From an uncultured bacterium (GTDB lineage: Bacteria; Oederibacteriota; PGYV01; CAWJRG01): a stretch of DNA of 64,000 nucleotides. Positions 61,798 through 64,000 of this stretch are shown here, piece by piece (position 1 is the stretch's first letter; each line of letters begins with the position of its first letter). A program made the translations under genes and the position numbers. The DNA lies in assembly GCA_963845185.1 (NCBI GenBank), contig CAWJRG010000005.1, forward strand, positions 64,001 through 128,000, read 5' to 3'. Below the pieces are notes generated by a model, which saw only the letters and a program-made list of their open reading frames with translations, made no database searches and was not told the origin of the DNA.

Positions 61798-62312
61798 TCT
61801 TTTCTCCTTTTCAATTTCTTTAAAATCTTGTTTGTTACTTTATATACGTTTCCCTTATCTGTTGTTATTATAATATCCGCAGATTTTTGATAAGTACCTA
61901 CGCGGCTGTTAAAAAGCATTCTTGTTTTTTCTATGTCCTTTTCGTTAAAAAGCGGCCTATTTCTGCAGCCGCTTAACCTTTTTACAACCGTATTAAAATT
62001 TGCTTTAAGATATATTATTATACCGTTTTTATTAAGTTTTTTTATATTCCCCGGCCTTTTTATTATGCCTCCGCCTGTTGATATTATGCTTGTTTTTTTT
62101 CTTATTATTTCTTCTGCCACGCTGCTTTCAATTATCCTAAAATATTTTTCCCCGTATTTTTCGAATATGTTTTTTATTTTCATACCTGCTTTTTTTTCAA
62201 CAACAGAGTCCGTCTCGTAAAATTTAAGTTTTAGTTTTTTTGCCAACAGCCTTCCTACTGATGTTTTACCGCTGCCCATAAAGCCTATTAAAACTATATT
62301 GCTTTTTTTCAT
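61779..62312 (-). CDS. aroK: Shikimate kinase
   Basis: GFMGSGKTSVG, GEKYFR, STGGG, RPL. Confidence 0.95.
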   Translation of the reverse strand: MKKSNIVLIGFMGSGKTSVGRLLAKKLKLKFYETDSVVEKKAGMKIKNIFEKYGEKYFRIIESSVAEEIIRKKTSIISTGGGIIKRPGNIKKLNKNGIIIYLKANFNTVVKRLSGCRNRPLFNEKDIEKTRMLFNSRVGTYQKSADIIITTDKGNVYKVTNKILKKLKRRKDWILSK

Positions 62313-62321
62313 AATAATAAT

Positions 62322-63501
62322 TTAATATTTTTTAATGTATTTTAAATAATTGTTATAATTTGTCTTCATTTCGGATATTTCATCGGATCCGAATTTTTCC
62401 TGGAATGCTTTTAATAATTCCAAAGTCACAACTGCCTTTGCTATTATTGACGCGGCTGGGACGGCGCATGTATCCAAGCGTTCATAAGTTGTTTTGATTT
62501 TCTTTTTTGTCCTAACATTGACTGACATCATGCCTTTTTTGAGGGTTGATATAGGTTTTACTGCGGCTTTTACTACAAGAGGCTCTCCGTTTGTCATGCC
62601 GCCTTCGATTCCGCCGGCATTATTCGTGTTCCTGAAAAAGCCTTTTGACCTGTCATAATATATTTCGTCATGCACCTCGCTGCCATATTGTTCGGCATAA
62701 AAAAATCCTGCTCCGAACTCGACTCCTTTAAAGGCTTGTATGCTTATCAAGGCTTTTGCTATGTTTCCGTCAAGCTTTTTATCCCACTGTGTATAATCTC
62801 CTATACCCGGCGGTAGCTTTTGAAGTAACAACTTTTACCACTCCGCCAAGGCTGTCTCCGTATTTCATGGCCCTGTCTATTTTTTTAATTATTATTGCCG
62901 CTTTTTTTCTATCGGGATATCTCAAGCCGGCTTTTATTCTTTTTTCAGTTTCGTCAATTTTGATTTTTATTTTATCCAAAGGTAAATCTTCATCTAATAC
63001 CGTTTTAACCCCACCTATATCAATAACATAACCCAATACTTCTATATTAAATTCTTTTAGTATTTTAGCCGCTATGGCGCCTGCTACTACCCTGGCCACA
63101 GTCTCCCTTGCGCTCGCCCTTTCAAGTATATTTCTGAAATCATGTTGGTGGTATTTAATGCCGCCGGCCAAATCAGCGTGCCCCGGCCTTGGAACATTAA
63201 ATTCTTTTATTTCCTTTGAAAGTGGTAATATGCTTAATATATCTTTCCAGTTGTCATAATCAATATTTTTTACGGCTACGGTTACAGGCGCGCCTATGGT
63301 TTTCCCGAAACGAACCCCTGACATTATTTCAGCCCTGTCTTTTTCTACCTTCTGCCGGCCTCCCCTTCCGTAACCTTTTTGCCTTTCACCTAAAATATTA
63401 TTTATATCTTTTTCTGATAATTTTATATTTGCAGGCAGTCCGTCAATAATAACAAAAACGCCTTTACCATGGGATTCTCCAGCGGTTAGATACCTTATCA
63501 T
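62322..63501 (-). pseudogene. aroC: Chorismate synthase, frameshifted (one extra A at about 62818-62821; sequencing error or recent pseudogene)
   Basis: TAGESHG, PRPGHAD and ERASARET in one frame; LPPGIG, NNAGGIEGG, KPISTL and CAVP in the next; removing one A gives about 392 aa. Confidence 0.8.
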
Positions 63502-63539
63502 TTCAGGCTTTCCTTTTTGATATATATGATTTGGAAATA

Positions 63540-64000
63540 TTATTCTTCGTCATTAATCGAAGGCGTTAAAAACACAATTAACTCTGACTTTATAGTTTCA
63601 TGACTGGTTGACCTGAATAAGGCTCCTACTAATGGCAGGTCTGCCAGCAAAGGTACTTTGTTTTCTATAGTCGTTACTTTATCCGTTATCAAACCGCCTA
63701 GCACAACAGTATCGTTGCTTTTTACTCTTACATAAGTAGTTGCCGACTGCGTGTTTAAATCCGGCGGCGCTCCTGATGAAGAAGGTGTTAAAATTCTGGT
63801 CACCATTACTCCAACTCTTAATTCAATATTATCGCCAGTATCAGAAATATGAGGGATTACTTGAAGAGTTATCGGCAAAAGTATTGGTAAATATTGGGTC
63901 GTAACAACCGGCGCACCCGTCTGACTTGTAACAACTGATTGCTGACTAAAATAGGTCGTTTCCGACGTCGAGATTGTAGCCGGTTTATTTGATGCAACTG
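63540..64000 (-). CDS. Secretin C-terminal part (PilQ/GspD family; 5' end outside the window)
   Basis: Open frame to the window end; LQVIPHI, VVLGGLI, KVPLLADLPLVGALFRS, ELIVFLTP; pilQ-aro synteny. Confidence 0.88.
   Translation of the reverse strand, partial: VASNKPATISTSETTYFSQQSVVTSQTGAPVVTTQYLPILLPITLQVIPHISDTGDNIELRVGVMVTRILTPSSSGAPPDLNTQSATTYVRVKSNDTVVLGGLITDKVTTIENKVPLLADLPLVGALFRSTSHETIKSELIVFLTPSINDEE

Overview
A 64-kb bacterial chromosomal window in which almost every gene is on the minus strand; only mnmG and two tRNA genes are on plus. The gene content (PNP/FlgD-tailed secreted proteins, a secretin, pilQ-aro-roadblock synteny) suggests a diderm from a poorly studied lineage, possibly Ca. 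Goldiibacteriota-like; that assignment is an inference. Housekeeping genes include ligA, cysE, folC, accD, trpDCFBA, tatD, metG, a PSP1/ricT-like gene, holB, tmk, rlmN, mnmG, aroB, aroK, a frameshifted aroC, ABC transporter genes, tRNA-Leu(TAA) and tRNA-fMet. The most notable accessory features are: (1) a tightly packed 7-gene operon (46.6 to 35.8 kb) encoding a PQQ-propeller lipoprotein, a HAMP pseudo-cyclase, a J-domain/TPR protein, a lid-truncated Hsp70, a MshEN-PilB-like ATPase with degenerate catalytic motifs, a secreted Ig protein and a DUF2723/TMEM260-like glycosyltransferase, lying between a PilZ gene and two giant paralogous secreted proteins with ~400-aa (Thr-X)n stalks; (2) a candidate new structured 5'-leader RNA in three copies (upstream of the DUF2298 gene, metG and an NHL gene) with mutually exclusive hairpins ending at the RBS; (3) a DUF2298 + TIGR03663-like + NHL cluster in which both membrane proteins carry zinc ribbons; (4) two further families of short dispersed repeats. 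No CRISPR array, rRNA or transposase was seen.
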